This document shows positions 18,154-26,963 of a stretch of DNA of 64,000 nucleotides, in pieces; positions within the stretch are counted from its first letter, which is position 1; every line of letters begins with the position of its first letter. Location: positions 8,353-72,352 of the forward strand of contig CAYVHV010000012.1 of assembly GCA_964451305.1 (NCBI GenBank), read 5' to 3'. Origin of the DNA: an uncultured Acidimicrobiales bacterium (GTDB lineage Bacteria; Actinomycetota; Acidimicrobiia; Acidimicrobiales; SHLQ01). The notes beneath the pieces are model-generated. The model saw nothing but the letters and a program-made list of their open reading frames with translations, did no database searches and was not told the origin of the DNA. The position numbers and the translations under genes are program-made.

Positions 18154-19233
18154 ATGTCTACTTCCACCCCGACACACGAGACCCTGCTGCAAGCACCGAA
18201 AGTGCTGCTTCACGATCACCTCGATGGTGGGTTGCGGCCGATGACGGTGATCGAGCTCGCCGACTCGAGCGGATACACGGGGCTTCCGACCTCCGATCCT
18301 GACGAGCTCGCCCAATGGATGACCAGAGGCGCAGACCGCAAGGACCTCGTGTTGTACCTCGACACGTTTGCCCACACCACCGGGGTGATGCAGACCGCAG
18401 ACGCGCTGCACCGGGTTGCTCGTGAAGCAGCCGAGGACCTCGCCGCCGATGGGGTCGTTTACGCCGAAGTTCGCTTCGCTCCAGAGCTCCATACCGAAAA
18501 TGGGCTCTCCATGGATGATGTCCTCGAGGCCGTCACTGGGGGCTTCGCCGAAGCCAGCGCGGATACACCGCTCACGATTCGAACGATCTGTTCGGCCATG
18601 CGGCAAAACAATCGCAGTCTCGAGGTTGTTCAGCTGGCGGTGCGCTGGCGGGATCGAGGGGTCGTCGGCTTCGACATCGCGGGACCTGAGAAGGGGTTCC
18701 CGCCCGATGACCACATCCTCGCATTTCAGTTCGCCCAGCGGGAGAACTTTCATTTCACCATCCACGCTGGCGAGGCCTACGGACCGAAGTCGATTTGGAA
18801 GGCGCTGCAATGGTGCGGGGCTGAACGCCTCGGCCACGGTGTTCGCATCGTCGATGACATCGTGATCGACGACGACGGCGAGGCTCAACTCGGCCGTCTT
18901 GCGGACTCGATCCGCGATCGACGTATCCCACTTGAGGTCTGCCCGTCTTCGAACTTGCATACCGGTGTTGTCGACGATCTTGCCGATCATCCAATTCGCT
19001 TGTTCAAAGAACTCAAGTTCCGTGTGACGCTCAACACCGACAACCGTCTGATGAGCAACATCTCTATGACTGGAGAGATGGAGAACATGGTCAACGTTTT
19101 TGGTTGGGACCTGCTCGATATGCAGTGGCTCACCGTCAACGGGATGAAGAGTGCGTTCCTGCCGTTCGACGAGCGCCTCTCCCTCATCAATGACGTGATC
19201 AAGCCCAGCTACGCGAAACTGATCAACAGCTAA
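18154..19233 (+). CDS. add: Adenosine deaminase
   Basis: ORF 18148..19233(+). PKVLLHDHLDGGLRP, ...FTIHAGE..., ...RLGHGV... and ...LNTDNRLMS are the canonical ADA metal/catalytic motifs. ATG 18154 preferred over TTG 18148. Confidence 0.9.
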   Translation: MSTSTPTHETLLQAPKVLLHDHLDGGLRPMTVIELADSSGYTGLPTSDPDELAQWMTRGADRKDLVLYLDTFAHTTGVMQTADALHRVAREAAEDLAADGVVYAEVRFAPELHTENGLSMDDVLEAVTGGFAEASADTPLTIRTICSAMRQNNRSLEVVQLAVRWRDRGVVGFDIAGPEKGFPPDDHILAFQFAQRENFHFTIHAGEAYGPKSIWKALQWCGAERLGHGVRIVDDIVIDDDGEAQLGRLADSIRDRRIPLEVCPSSNLHTGVVDDLADHPIRLFKELKFRVTLNTDNRLMSNISMTGEMENMVNVFGWDLLDMQWLTVNGMKSAFLPFDERLSLINDVIKPSYAKLINS

Positions 19234-19309
19234 ACGTCACACTTGGGGTCAGACCCCAAAGGTCATCTTTAAACGTAACTTTTGGGGTCAGACCCCTCAG
19301 GTCATCTTT
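19232..19309. repeat. Two tandem 39-bp units, each containing the palindrome TTGGGGTC-A-GACCCC
   Basis: Unit 1 is 19232-19270 (aaacgtcacacttggggtcagaccccaaaggtcatcttt). Unit 2 is 19271-19309 (aaacgtaacttttggggtcagacccctcaggtcatcttt). 34 of 39 positions are identical by hand alignment. Together they fill the whole convergent spacer. Confidence 0.9.
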
Positions 19310-19574
19310 AGGCAGCGACGTCGGTGTCGGCATCGGCCCGAGCGCCTGCGGTCACGATCTCGTACATCTCCTTGATCGCGGTACTGCCGGTCGTGCAATG
19401 GCGCCAGGGCATAACGGCGTGGATGGCACAACACCATGCGGCCTTCATGAGCTTCGCCGACATGCCGGCGGCGAACGCCATGTGCTCAAAGTAGGTCTCG
19501 TCGACGCTCTCTGGATGTTCGGTGAACTTCTGCGGCAACTTCATGACATCACCGTAGTGATTTTCTCGGAGCAT
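19308..19574 (-). CDS. Small conserved hypothetical protein (DUF6356-like by recollection)
   Basis: ORF 19308..19574(-). ...FTEHPESVDETYFEHMAFAAGMSAKLMKAAWCCAIHAVMPW... An alternative start at the internal ATG (19544) is possible. Confidence 0.45.
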   Translation of the reverse strand: MLRENHYGDVMKLPQKFTEHPESVDETYFEHMAFAAGMSAKLMKAAWCCAIHAVMPWRHCTTGSTAIKEMYEIVTAGARADADTDVAA

Positions 19575-19658
19575 GTGGTCGCAACATTTCGCGGATATTT
19601 CGAGTCATGGTGCAGTAATCCCCTGCAAATCTTCGAATCAATAGATTAAACTTGCTCT

Positions 19659-20117
19659 ATGGATGAGATCGACAAGAAAATCGTGCAACTACTTCAGGTA
19701 GATGCATCGATCTCCGTGCGAGAAATCGCCGACCAGGTCGGGCTGACGTCGACGCCGTGCTGGCGACGAATCCAAGCATTGGAGACGAGCGGGGTCATCA
19801 CTAAACGCGTCGCGCTCGTCGACCCACAACGGCTCAACTTGTCGCTGACCGCACTGGTGCTCGTCCGCACGAATGAACACAATGCAGACTGGACCGAGCG
19901 ATTCCTCAACACGGTCGAACACTTCGACGAAGTTGTGGAGGCATACCGGACGAGCGGCGAACTCGACTATCTGCTCAAAGTCATCGTCCCAAACATGGAC
20001 GCCTTCGATCAGTTCTATTTACGCCTTATCGAACACATCGATCTCTACGACGTACGCAGCACCTTCGTGATGGAGGAGATGAAGCACACGACTGCACTCC
20101 CCCTCGACTACGTCTAG
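19659..20117 (+). CDS. Lrp/AsnC family transcriptional regulator
   Basis: ORF 19659..20117(+). MDEIDKKIVQLLQVDASISVREIADQVGLTSTPCWRRIQALETSGVI is the HTH_AsnC N-terminus, followed by a RAM-like C-terminus. Confidence 0.9.
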   Translation: MDEIDKKIVQLLQVDASISVREIADQVGLTSTPCWRRIQALETSGVITKRVALVDPQRLNLSLTALVLVRTNEHNADWTERFLNTVEHFDEVVEAYRTSGELDYLLKVIVPNMDAFDQFYLRLIEHIDLYDVRSTFVMEEMKHTTALPLDYV

Positions 20118-20131
20118 AGCTCTTTCCGCAC

Positions 20132-20872
20132 TTAGCCGTGCGAGCAGGCGAGCGCAGCACCAACAATGCCCGCCTTGTTCAACATCTGCGCCGGAACCAC
20201 CGGGGTGCGCACCTTGTCGATGTACTCGCTGAAGTCCTCGAACTCTTTGCTGATCCCGCCGCCGAGGATGAACAGCTCGGGCCAGAACAGCTTCTCGATT
20301 TCTCGGAGGACATCCTCGAGGTGGCCGCCCCACTTCTTGAAGGACAAGTCCTTCTCATCTTTGACTCGCGATGACGCTCGGGCCTCCGCTATTTTTCCGT
20401 CCATCTCGAGGTGACCGAACTCGGTGTTCGCGACGAGCGCTCCGTCAGTAAATACTGCAGAGCCAATCCCCGTACCGAGCGTGAGCAAAATGACGGTGCC
20501 CTTCGCCCCAGCACCAGCGCCGAAGCGAACTTCGGCCAAACCTGCAGCGTCAGCGTCGTTGATCATGGTGACGTCGCAGCCGACAACGTCGGTAAAGGTC
20601 GCGTCGCCATCGACCCCGATCCACGACTTGTCGAGGTTTGCGGCGGTACGGATCACGCCACTTTGGACGACACCCGGGAAACCAATCCCGACCGGGCCCG
20701 TCCATTCGTGGTGTTCAGCGAGTTGTCGTGCAACATCTGCAACGGCATCTGGAGTTGACGGTGCTGGAGTCACGATGCGGTGTCGCTCCGAGACCATCTC
20801 CCCCTTCTCGGTGTCGACCGTCGCTGCCTTTACTCCAGAACCACCGATATCAATACCAAGAACGAGCGCCAC
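20132..20872 (-). CDS. ppgK: Polyphosphate glucokinase (ROK family)
   Basis: ORF 20132..20926(-). LGIDIGGSGVKAATVD...GIGFPGVV...NDADAAGLAE...LTLGTGIGSAVF are ROK/PPGK motifs. Start set at in-frame GTG 20872 (VALVLGIDIGG); ATG 20926 is the alternative. Confidence 0.8.
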   Translation of the reverse strand: MALVLGIDIGGSGVKAATVDTEKGEMVSERHRIVTPAPSTPDAVADVARQLAEHHEWTGPVGIGFPGVVQSGVIRTAANLDKSWIGVDGDATFTDVVGCDVTMINDADAAGLAEVRFGAGAGAKGTVILLTLGTGIGSAVFTDGALVANTEFGHLEMDGKIAEARASSRVKDEKDLSFKKWGGHLEDVLREIEKLFWPELFILGGGISKEFEDFSEYIDKVRTPVVPAQMLNKAGIVGAALACSHG

Positions 20873-20935
20873 TGAACTTTCCCTTTTTGTGCGAACCCTG
20901 CAGCGAGAAGATCGCTGCAGGGTCAAGCCTAGGAG

Positions 20936-22342
20936 CTAGGCGGGAGGTTCTGGCGTAACGACCTGTTCGACGCCATCAGGCATTTCGATCTGCGGTGCCT
21001 CAGACTCCGAGGTCTCGGTCAGAGCGTGCACACCGCTACCCGCAGCGGGAGGCGAGACGTTCTTCGATGCGCCACCAGCGTTGAGACTGCCGGCCATCTT
21101 GTCCCGGAGAGGACCCATGATGTCGACGCCGGTTGCGGTCTCGATCTGTTCTGCGATCGCAATGACCGAAGCCGGTAGCTGCTTTGCGATTCCAGGAAGC
21201 GCTTGACCGTCGCCACCAGCATCGATGACCGTCATCTTGTCGATGTCGATTCCGTTGACCGTGGACACGATCTGCTCGATGAGCTCTGGAAGCATGTTGA
21301 GCACGAAGATGTCGTGAGCGTCGTCTCCGGCCGCCTTGTATTGATCGGTCAGGCGCTGGAAGACCTCGACCTGGGCTGCGCCTTCCTCGACAATGTGCGC
21401 TGCGTCTGCGCGAGCCTGCAGCTGACGAGCCTCGAGGTCCGCTTGGGCCGGAAGGACAACGTCGGCCTGAAGACGGCGCTTTTCCAACTCGATTCGCTCG
21501 AGTTCGAGCTCCTGCTCGGCGATGGTCTTTGCCTTCTCGCCCGCAACGCGGGCCTCTTCTTCAGATGCTCGGGCAATGCCGTCGAGCTCTGCGCTTCGAA
21601 CACGCAAGAGGTTCTGCTCTTCGACGATCTTTCGCTCCGCCTGAGCCTGTGCGATCTGGGCACGCTGCTGAGAATCGGCCTCGGCCTGCTCGGCTTCAGC
21701 CTGCTTCTGAGCTTCGGTGACGCGAGCATCCTTGAGCACATCAGCGGTACGACGACGACCAACGGCCTCGAGGTAGCCAACCTCGTCGGTGACATTTTGG
21801 ATCTTCAGGACGTCGAGCTCGAGACCGAGCGTCTTGATGTCGTCGTCGGCCTCTTCGATGAGGAATTGGGAGAACTTGAGACGATCCTCGTTGACCTCTT
21901 CAGGGGTGAGGGTTGCGAGAACACCACGAAGGTTTGCCTCGAGCGTTTCCTTAGCGATCTGAGCGATCGACTGGTGAGGAACGTTCAAAAAGCGCTCGAC
22001 AGAGTTGCCGAGCAGTGAGTCCACGCTCGACACCTTGACGTTCGCAATGCCCTGCACGTTGAGCGGGATGGCGCCCTTTGAGTATGCGTTCAGAACCGAA
22101 ACTTCGAGGGGGATGTTGTTTAGATCCATCCATGAGACTTGCTCGAGCAGCGGAATACGGATGGTACGACCGCCCTTGAGCGTTCGATATCCGAGCTTGC
22201 GCCCATCTGGGGCTACCTGCCCCTTGCCGCCAGAAATCACCGCAACACGGTTGGGCGGACAGATAATGATCAAACTCTTGACGACAAAGATCGCCGTGAG
22301 GATCGCGAGTAGAACCGCAATGCCAACAATTGCAAGAATCAT
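20936..22342 (-). CDS. floT: Flotillin-like SPFH/band-7 domain protein
   Basis: ORF 20936..22399(-). N-terminal TM MILAIVGIAVLLAILTAIFVV, an SPFH core, then a long Ala/Glu/Gln-rich coiled coil (EAQKQAEAEQAEADSQQRAQIAQAQAERK). Start moved to ATG 22342. Confidence 0.8.
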   Translation of the reverse strand: MILAIVGIAVLLAILTAIFVVKSLIIICPPNRVAVISGGKGQVAPDGRKLGYRTLKGGRTIRIPLLEQVSWMDLNNIPLEVSVLNAYSKGAIPLNVQGIANVKVSSVDSLLGNSVERFLNVPHQSIAQIAKETLEANLRGVLATLTPEEVNEDRLKFSQFLIEEADDDIKTLGLELDVLKIQNVTDEVGYLEAVGRRRTADVLKDARVTEAQKQAEAEQAEADSQQRAQIAQAQAERKIVEEQNLLRVRSAELDGIARASEEEARVAGEKAKTIAEQELELERIELEKRRLQADVVLPAQADLEARQLQARADAAHIVEEGAAQVEVFQRLTDQYKAAGDDAHDIFVLNMLPELIEQIVSTVNGIDIDKMTVIDAGGDGQALPGIAKQLPASVIAIAEQIETATGVDIMGPLRDKMAGSLNAGGASKNVSPPAAGSGVHALTETSESEAPQIEMPDGVEQVVTPEPPA

Positions 22343-22411
22343 AAAATTATGTGACCTTCCCGTCGTTATTTCCAGAGTAGAGCATCGGTCGGTGCCCAAG
22401 TATTCCCAGCG

Positions 22412-23017
22412 CTAGAGATCGGGGTCGACCGCAACCACCTGAGCAACGCCACCATCGACCTTGACAATGACGACCTCGTCACCGCGAGCGAAGTCCATAT
22501 CGGGCATCGTTTCGAGAGCACCTGCGGTGAGCTGCAACCGTTCGCCACCGGTATCGAGTGTCACCCGGCCACGCTTTCCCGCCTCGATCGGGACGCTGAC
22601 CGTTGCCAGCCGACCTTCGAGCTGGCGATCACTGATGGAACTATCCGAGTCTCCCTTGCGCAGGAAGCTAAATAGCGCCGTGTTGACTCCAGCGGCGAAC
22701 ACGCCGAGCACGATCGCGAGGATCAGCGTCGTAATTGCCGCCACGCCCACGAGTGACGAGACGACCCCGACGCCTCCGAAGAACGCAAGGAACGCCGTGT
22801 ACGAACTAATTGGAATTCGACGGAACGCCGAGACGTCACCGACCCCAGCGTCCGCTCCGGACACGTCGATATCACCGCCGCCACCAGAGATGTCCACGCC
22901 CGCATCGAGGTCGGCATCAAACCCAACTTCGCCTTCAACGTCTCCCCCGCCGAATGCAAACAGAAGTTGCAGGGGGATTCCGACAATCGCACAGAAGATA
23001 TAAACCCCGATCATCAA
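22412..23017 (-). CDS. NfeD-like membrane protein (flotillin partner)
   Basis: ORF 22412..23017(-). Hydrophobic N-terminal half, then a C-terminal OB-like segment GRLATVSVPIEAGKRGRVTLDTGGERLQLTA...DEVVIVKVDG. Immediately upstream of the flotillin gene, as in yuaF-floT operons. Confidence 0.7.
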   Translation of the reverse strand: MMIGVYIFCAIVGIPLQLLFAFGGGDVEGEVGFDADLDAGVDISGGGGDIDVSGADAGVGDVSAFRRIPISSYTAFLAFFGGVGVVSSLVGVAAITTLILAIVLGVFAAGVNTALFSFLRKGDSDSSISDRQLEGRLATVSVPIEAGKRGRVTLDTGGERLQLTAGALETMPDMDFARGDEVVIVKVDGGVAQVVAVDPDL

Positions 23018-23087
23018 TCCAGTGTAGTTGCTCGTACGCGATCTCTTCCTCTCGTATTGAATGGTCAGAGACCGCTACATTCAGACC

Positions 23088-23711
23088 ATGGCAACGCACG
23101 TGGTCGAGCATCCGCTCATCTCCGAACGACTCACTCAACTTCGAATGAGAGCAACCCCTCGACCGGAGTTCCGCCGTGTGCTCACCGAACTCTCCGGGTT
23201 TGTCATCTACGAGGCAATGCGCGACCTCGCGGTCACACCGATCGATATCGATACACCGCTTGAACCCACAACGGGGGTAAAGGTGACCGCGTCCCCGATC
23301 CTCGTGCCGGTCATGCGCGCTGGTCTCGGAATGCTCGATGCTGCCCTGACGCTGCTGCCCGAATCACGCGTGGGATTCATCGGCCTCAAACGCGATGAGG
23401 ACACCCTGCTCCCCCACGCGTATGCGAATACCGTTCCCGGAGACCTTCAAGGCCGCTCGACGCTCGTCCTCGACCCGATGCTCGCAACCGGTGGCTCGCT
23501 TGTTCACACCTGTGAGTTGCTGCGCGAGTCCAACGCTGGAACCATCACTGTCGCCTGTGTGCTGACGTGTCCGGAAGGAATTGAGCGTATGGCTTCTGAG
23601 TATCCCGATATCGACATCTACACGAGTTCCATCGACATTGCCTTGAACGAGGTTGGATTCATCCGACCTGGCCTAGGCGATGCGGGCGACCGTCAATTCG
23701 GTCTCTCCTGA
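23088..23711 (+). CDS. upp: Uracil phosphoribosyltransferase
   Basis: ORF 23061..23711(+). MATHVVEHPLISERLTQLR...VPVMRAGLGM...LVLDPMLATGGS (PRPP-binding)...IRPGLGDAGDRQFG. Start moved to ATG 23088. Confidence 0.9.
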   Translation: MATHVVEHPLISERLTQLRMRATPRPEFRRVLTELSGFVIYEAMRDLAVTPIDIDTPLEPTTGVKVTASPILVPVMRAGLGMLDAALTLLPESRVGFIGLKRDEDTLLPHAYANTVPGDLQGRSTLVLDPMLATGGSLVHTCELLRESNAGTITVACVLTCPEGIERMASEYPDIDIYTSSIDIALNEVGFIRPGLGDAGDRQFGLS

Positions 23712-24283
23712 TGCTCGATCACGTCTTCGCCGATGCCATCGGCGCACTCCGGTCGGCCCTCGAGCTTGCACTGCTCGAACGCCAAGCCGTCGAGGAACGT
23801 TTCACCACCGACGCCTTGCTTGGCGATACCCGCTGGGAAACCTCGTACAGCATCCCGGGCGAAGGCACGCCTCCTCGGGTACAAGCCGACATGACCCTGC
23901 TCTGGCCAACCTGGTCACAAACGGCGTATCGCAGCTGGTATCTCAGCGGAGAGCTAAGTGACATCCCAGCGATCGAAGCAGAAGTGGTGGCGCGAGCGCA
24001 GCGGCTCCCTGAGCCACCAGACCCGTCCATCGTCCTCGACATCGTCCCGGAAGTATCTCCGCTCATCGGCAACAACATCCTCGAACGCGCAGAAGGTGCA
24101 ACGGTCGAGACGATCTACGGCCACGACCTCACCCGTGCCGAGTACGCGATCGAGATCAGCTACTCAGGTGTTTTTGAGCTCCACGCGGATGTGCTTGCCG
24201 ACGGCAACTTGCTCGACGAGATGTTCCAAGCCGCGGGAGGCTGGATTTCCAGCACCCTGGTACTGCTTTCCGATTCGGTCTAG
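23711..24283 (+). CDS. Hypothetical protein, coupled to upp
   Basis: ORF 23711..24283(+). ATG overlaps the upp stop (TGATG). No motif recognised. Confidence 0.5.
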   Translation: MLDHVFADAIGALRSALELALLERQAVEERFTTDALLGDTRWETSYSIPGEGTPPRVQADMTLLWPTWSQTAYRSWYLSGELSDIPAIEAEVVARAQRLPEPPDPSIVLDIVPEVSPLIGNNILERAEGATVETIYGHDLTRAEYAIEISYSGVFELHADVLADGNLLDEMFQAAGGWISSTLVLLSDSV

Positions 24284-24287
24284 AGCG

Positions 24288-24987
24288 TTAGGAATTCAGT
24301 CGCCCAGAGGTCGCGTCAAGCACGACTGGGTCCCCGGTTGCGACACTCTTCGTGAGCCCACGAGTGTTGGTTATCGACGGCACCTGGGCGAACTGGCTCG
24401 TGTGTTCGGCACTCAAGACGCCATCACCACTCCCCCAGAGCAACACGGACGGCTCCTCGATCGGCCCGAGCGAATTCCACCATGTCGGGGTCAACAGATC
24501 GAACATCACGCTGAACGCGTCGCACTCGACGTAGGCATCAAAGAAACGGTCGACGGTGTCCGAGGGAACGTCTGTGAAGCGGCGGCGGCCGACAGTCTTT
24601 GCCAACGGACTCGAGATCAGTGCCTTCGCAATCGCCCGAACCGGTTCGGGTCTCATGATCCTAGGGATCAGCCTCGTGTCGAGAGCCGGACCGACGAGCG
24701 AGTGAAAAAATGTAGCCGTCGGCCCAGCCAGTGGCTTGTGCAGCGCTGAGCAGAATCGAACCTCCGATCCCGTGGCCCATCACCACCCGAGGGCGCGGCA
24801 GCGCGTTGACCTGCTCGATCAACGCCGCAGCGAAGTCGTCTACCGACAGGGTGGCGTTTGGCAATGGCGTGCCACCAAAACCGGGGAGTGTGATGGGCAC
24901 GATCGTCACATCGTCTGATGGGTGAAGGTCCATCAGTTCAAACCGATGCAGGCTCCCCCGATTTCCCGGGATTACCGCAAGATGCAT
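24288..24987 (-). pseudogene. Alpha/beta-hydrolase-fold gene split by a frameshift in an A6/T6 run
   Basis: ORFs 24661..24987(-) and 24288..24656(-) are adjacent in different frames. Removing one base of the A6 run (24705-24710) gives continuous ...GWADGYIFHSLVGPALDTRLIPRIMRPEPVRAIAK... The nucleophile elbow reads GHGIGG (Ser position is Gly). Confidence 0.6.
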
Positions 24988-25018
24988 CTCATGACCTCAC
25001 GCTCAAGAAACGTCAGAT

Positions 25019-25858
25019 CTATAGACCGGTGTGAATCTCCGGGAGGTCGTCAAAGACAGCGTCTCGCCCTTCGGCCTTCGCACCGAACGATTCCATCATG
25101 TCCGCGGGCTGGAACATACCCGTCTGCCAGGTTGCGATGTAGTGGAGCGAGTCGGCAACGGTGTGGTCACGGGTGTAGTTGATCGTCTCTTTCGTTCCAT
25201 GAATTGCGAGCGGCGACTTCGACGCTATCCGTGCTGCGATGTCCATCACGGCGTTGACCATGGTCTCCTGATCGGCGTACACCTCGTTGACCAGGCCCAC
25301 TTCCTTCGCTCGTGCCGCTGGCATCCGATCGCCGGTGAAGGCCATCTCTCGGGCGATGCCTTCGGGGATGATCTTTGGCAGCCGCTGCAAGGTTCCGACA
25401 TCGGCGGTCATGCCGATGTTGATCTCATGGATGCAGAACCACGAGTCCTCGGTCGCATAACGCATATCGCACGCCGTGATCATGTCGACCCCAGCGCCGA
25501 CGACGCCCCCTTGAGTCGCCACGAGAACGGGCATCCGAGCCCGCTCCAGCGCGTTAAATGTCTCTTGTAGGTGCAGCACGTTGTACCGGAAGACCGAACG
25601 AGCTCGGCCGACCTCGACGTCACCGTCGTCGTCGAGTGCCCCTCCGGTGAACACGCTGAGATCCATCCCAGCGGTGAAGTGTCTGCCGGTCGACGAGATG
25701 ACGATGGCGCGTGCCGCACCCCGATTACTGATCTCATCGACGAGTTGAGGCAGTTCGCTCCAGAACTCGGGGATCATCGAGTTGAGTTCATCGGGTCGAT
25801 TCAGCACGATGTGCGCAATAGAATCGGACTCGGTTACCTCAAAACACATGTTTCCCAT
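25019..25858 (-). CDS. Enoyl-CoA hydratase/isomerase (crotonase) family protein
   Basis: ORF 25019..25858(-). IAHIVLNRPDELNSM...ISSTGRHFTAGMDL...GGVVGAGVDMITACDMRYA is the crotonase oxyanion-hole pattern, dienoyl-CoA-isomerase-like. Confidence 0.85.
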   Translation of the reverse strand: MGNMCFEVTESDSIAHIVLNRPDELNSMIPEFWSELPQLVDEISNRGAARAIVISSTGRHFTAGMDLSVFTGGALDDDGDVEVGRARSVFRYNVLHLQETFNALERARMPVLVATQGGVVGAGVDMITACDMRYATEDSWFCIHEINIGMTADVGTLQRLPKIIPEGIAREMAFTGDRMPAARAKEVGLVNEVYADQETMVNAVMDIAARIASKSPLAIHGTKETINYTRDHTVADSLHYIATWQTGMFQPADMMESFGAKAEGRDAVFDDLPEIHTGL

Positions 25859-25867
25859 GTCGGGAGA

Positions 25868-26845
25868 TTACTCGGCGCAGAAGTCCTTGAGTGACTGGAG
25901 CGGGCGCGCACCGATGTGGGTGATGATTTCAGCGGCTGCGCAGCTGCCCATCTGACCAGCAACATCGAGCGGCGCTCCGCTCGCTAACCCGGCGAGAACA
26001 CCAGCGGCATAGAGGTCACCAGCACCGGTGGTATCGACGCGCTTTTCAACCTCGACCACCGGAACACGAATCACGTCATCTTTGGTCACGATGATCGAAC
26101 CATCGCGGCCTTGGGTGATGCACGCGGTTTCGGTGAGGTCCCGAACGCCAGCGATGAGCGCATCGTGATCTTCGGTACCGAGCAGCGAAACCACTTCGTC
26201 CTGGTTGCCGAAGAGCAACGTGACACGGTCAGCAATGAGCGAAAGCCACTCGTCTCGATGACGGTCGACCGCGAAAGGATCAGAAAGCGTGAGCGATGCG
26301 GTAACCCCGTTGTCCTTTGCGATATCCATCGCATGTCGGATTGCTTGCTTGGCCTCTTCGAGGTCCCACAAGTATCCCTCGCAGTAGAGGATCTTCGACC
26401 CAGCGACGAGGCCCTCATCGATATCGCTTTTCGTCAACCTCGAGCTTGCCCCCAGGAACGTGTTCATCGTGCGCTCACCATCGGGGGTGACCTGAATCAA
26501 ACAGCGCGCCGTTGCTGGCCCAGCGTTCGCCGGGGCGACATCGAACTGGACCCCGGTATCGCGAATTCCTTGGACGAACGCATCGCCGAGTTCGTCGTCT
26601 CGAATCTTGCCGACATAGGCAGCGCCGATCCCGAACGACGCGACTCCGACCATCGTGTTGGCTGCGGAGCCGCCGGATTCCTTCAGCCCATCGGGCATGA
26701 GAGCGGTGAGCGTTTCGGCACGTGGTTCATCGATGAGCGTCATCGATCCACGGTTGAGGTCATGGTCCGCAATGAAGCTGTTGGGTACCTGACCGATCAC
26801 GTCGACGATGGCGTTACCGACGCCAACCACATCTGCAGTACTCAT
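25868..26845 (-). CDS. PfkB-family carbohydrate/nucleoside kinase, adenosine-kinase-like
   Basis: ORF 25868..26845(-). VGVGNAIVDVI...GGSAANT...DTTGAGDLYAAG (PfkB signature 2). The substrate assignment is inferred. Confidence 0.75.
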   Translation of the reverse strand: MSTADVVGVGNAIVDVIGQVPNSFIADHDLNRGSMTLIDEPRAETLTALMPDGLKESGGSAANTMVGVASFGIGAAYVGKIRDDELGDAFVQGIRDTGVQFDVAPANAGPATARCLIQVTPDGERTMNTFLGASSRLTKSDIDEGLVAGSKILYCEGYLWDLEEAKQAIRHAMDIAKDNGVTASLTLSDPFAVDRHRDEWLSLIADRVTLLFGNQDEVVSLLGTEDHDALIAGVRDLTETACITQGRDGSIIVTKDDVIRVPVVEVEKRVDTTGAGDLYAAGVLAGLASGAPLDVAGQMGSCAAAEIITHIGARPLQSLKDFCAE

Positions 26846-26963
26846 TTACTCGTCTCCTCGACGCCTTGGCACGGCCTCCGAAGGTACCATTCTGACCTCC
26901 GACCTCCACCATTCGCTCCCGGGTACATCGTCTGTCGATCCGGACCGCTCAATAAGGAAATCA

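Noticed and set aside
17320-18990. 556-aa minus-strand ORF spanning the HAD hydrolase and adenosine deaminase genes
   Set aside because: It is antisense to two plus-strand genes with unmistakable family motifs. Its translation is Arg/Gly/Val-rich with no recognisable domain. This is the typical shadow ORF of GC-rich DNA.
20936-23017. NfeD-flotillin pair as a possible novel system
   Set aside because: This is the well-known NfeD/SPFH (yuaF-floT-type) operon arrangement. It is reported as a feature only.
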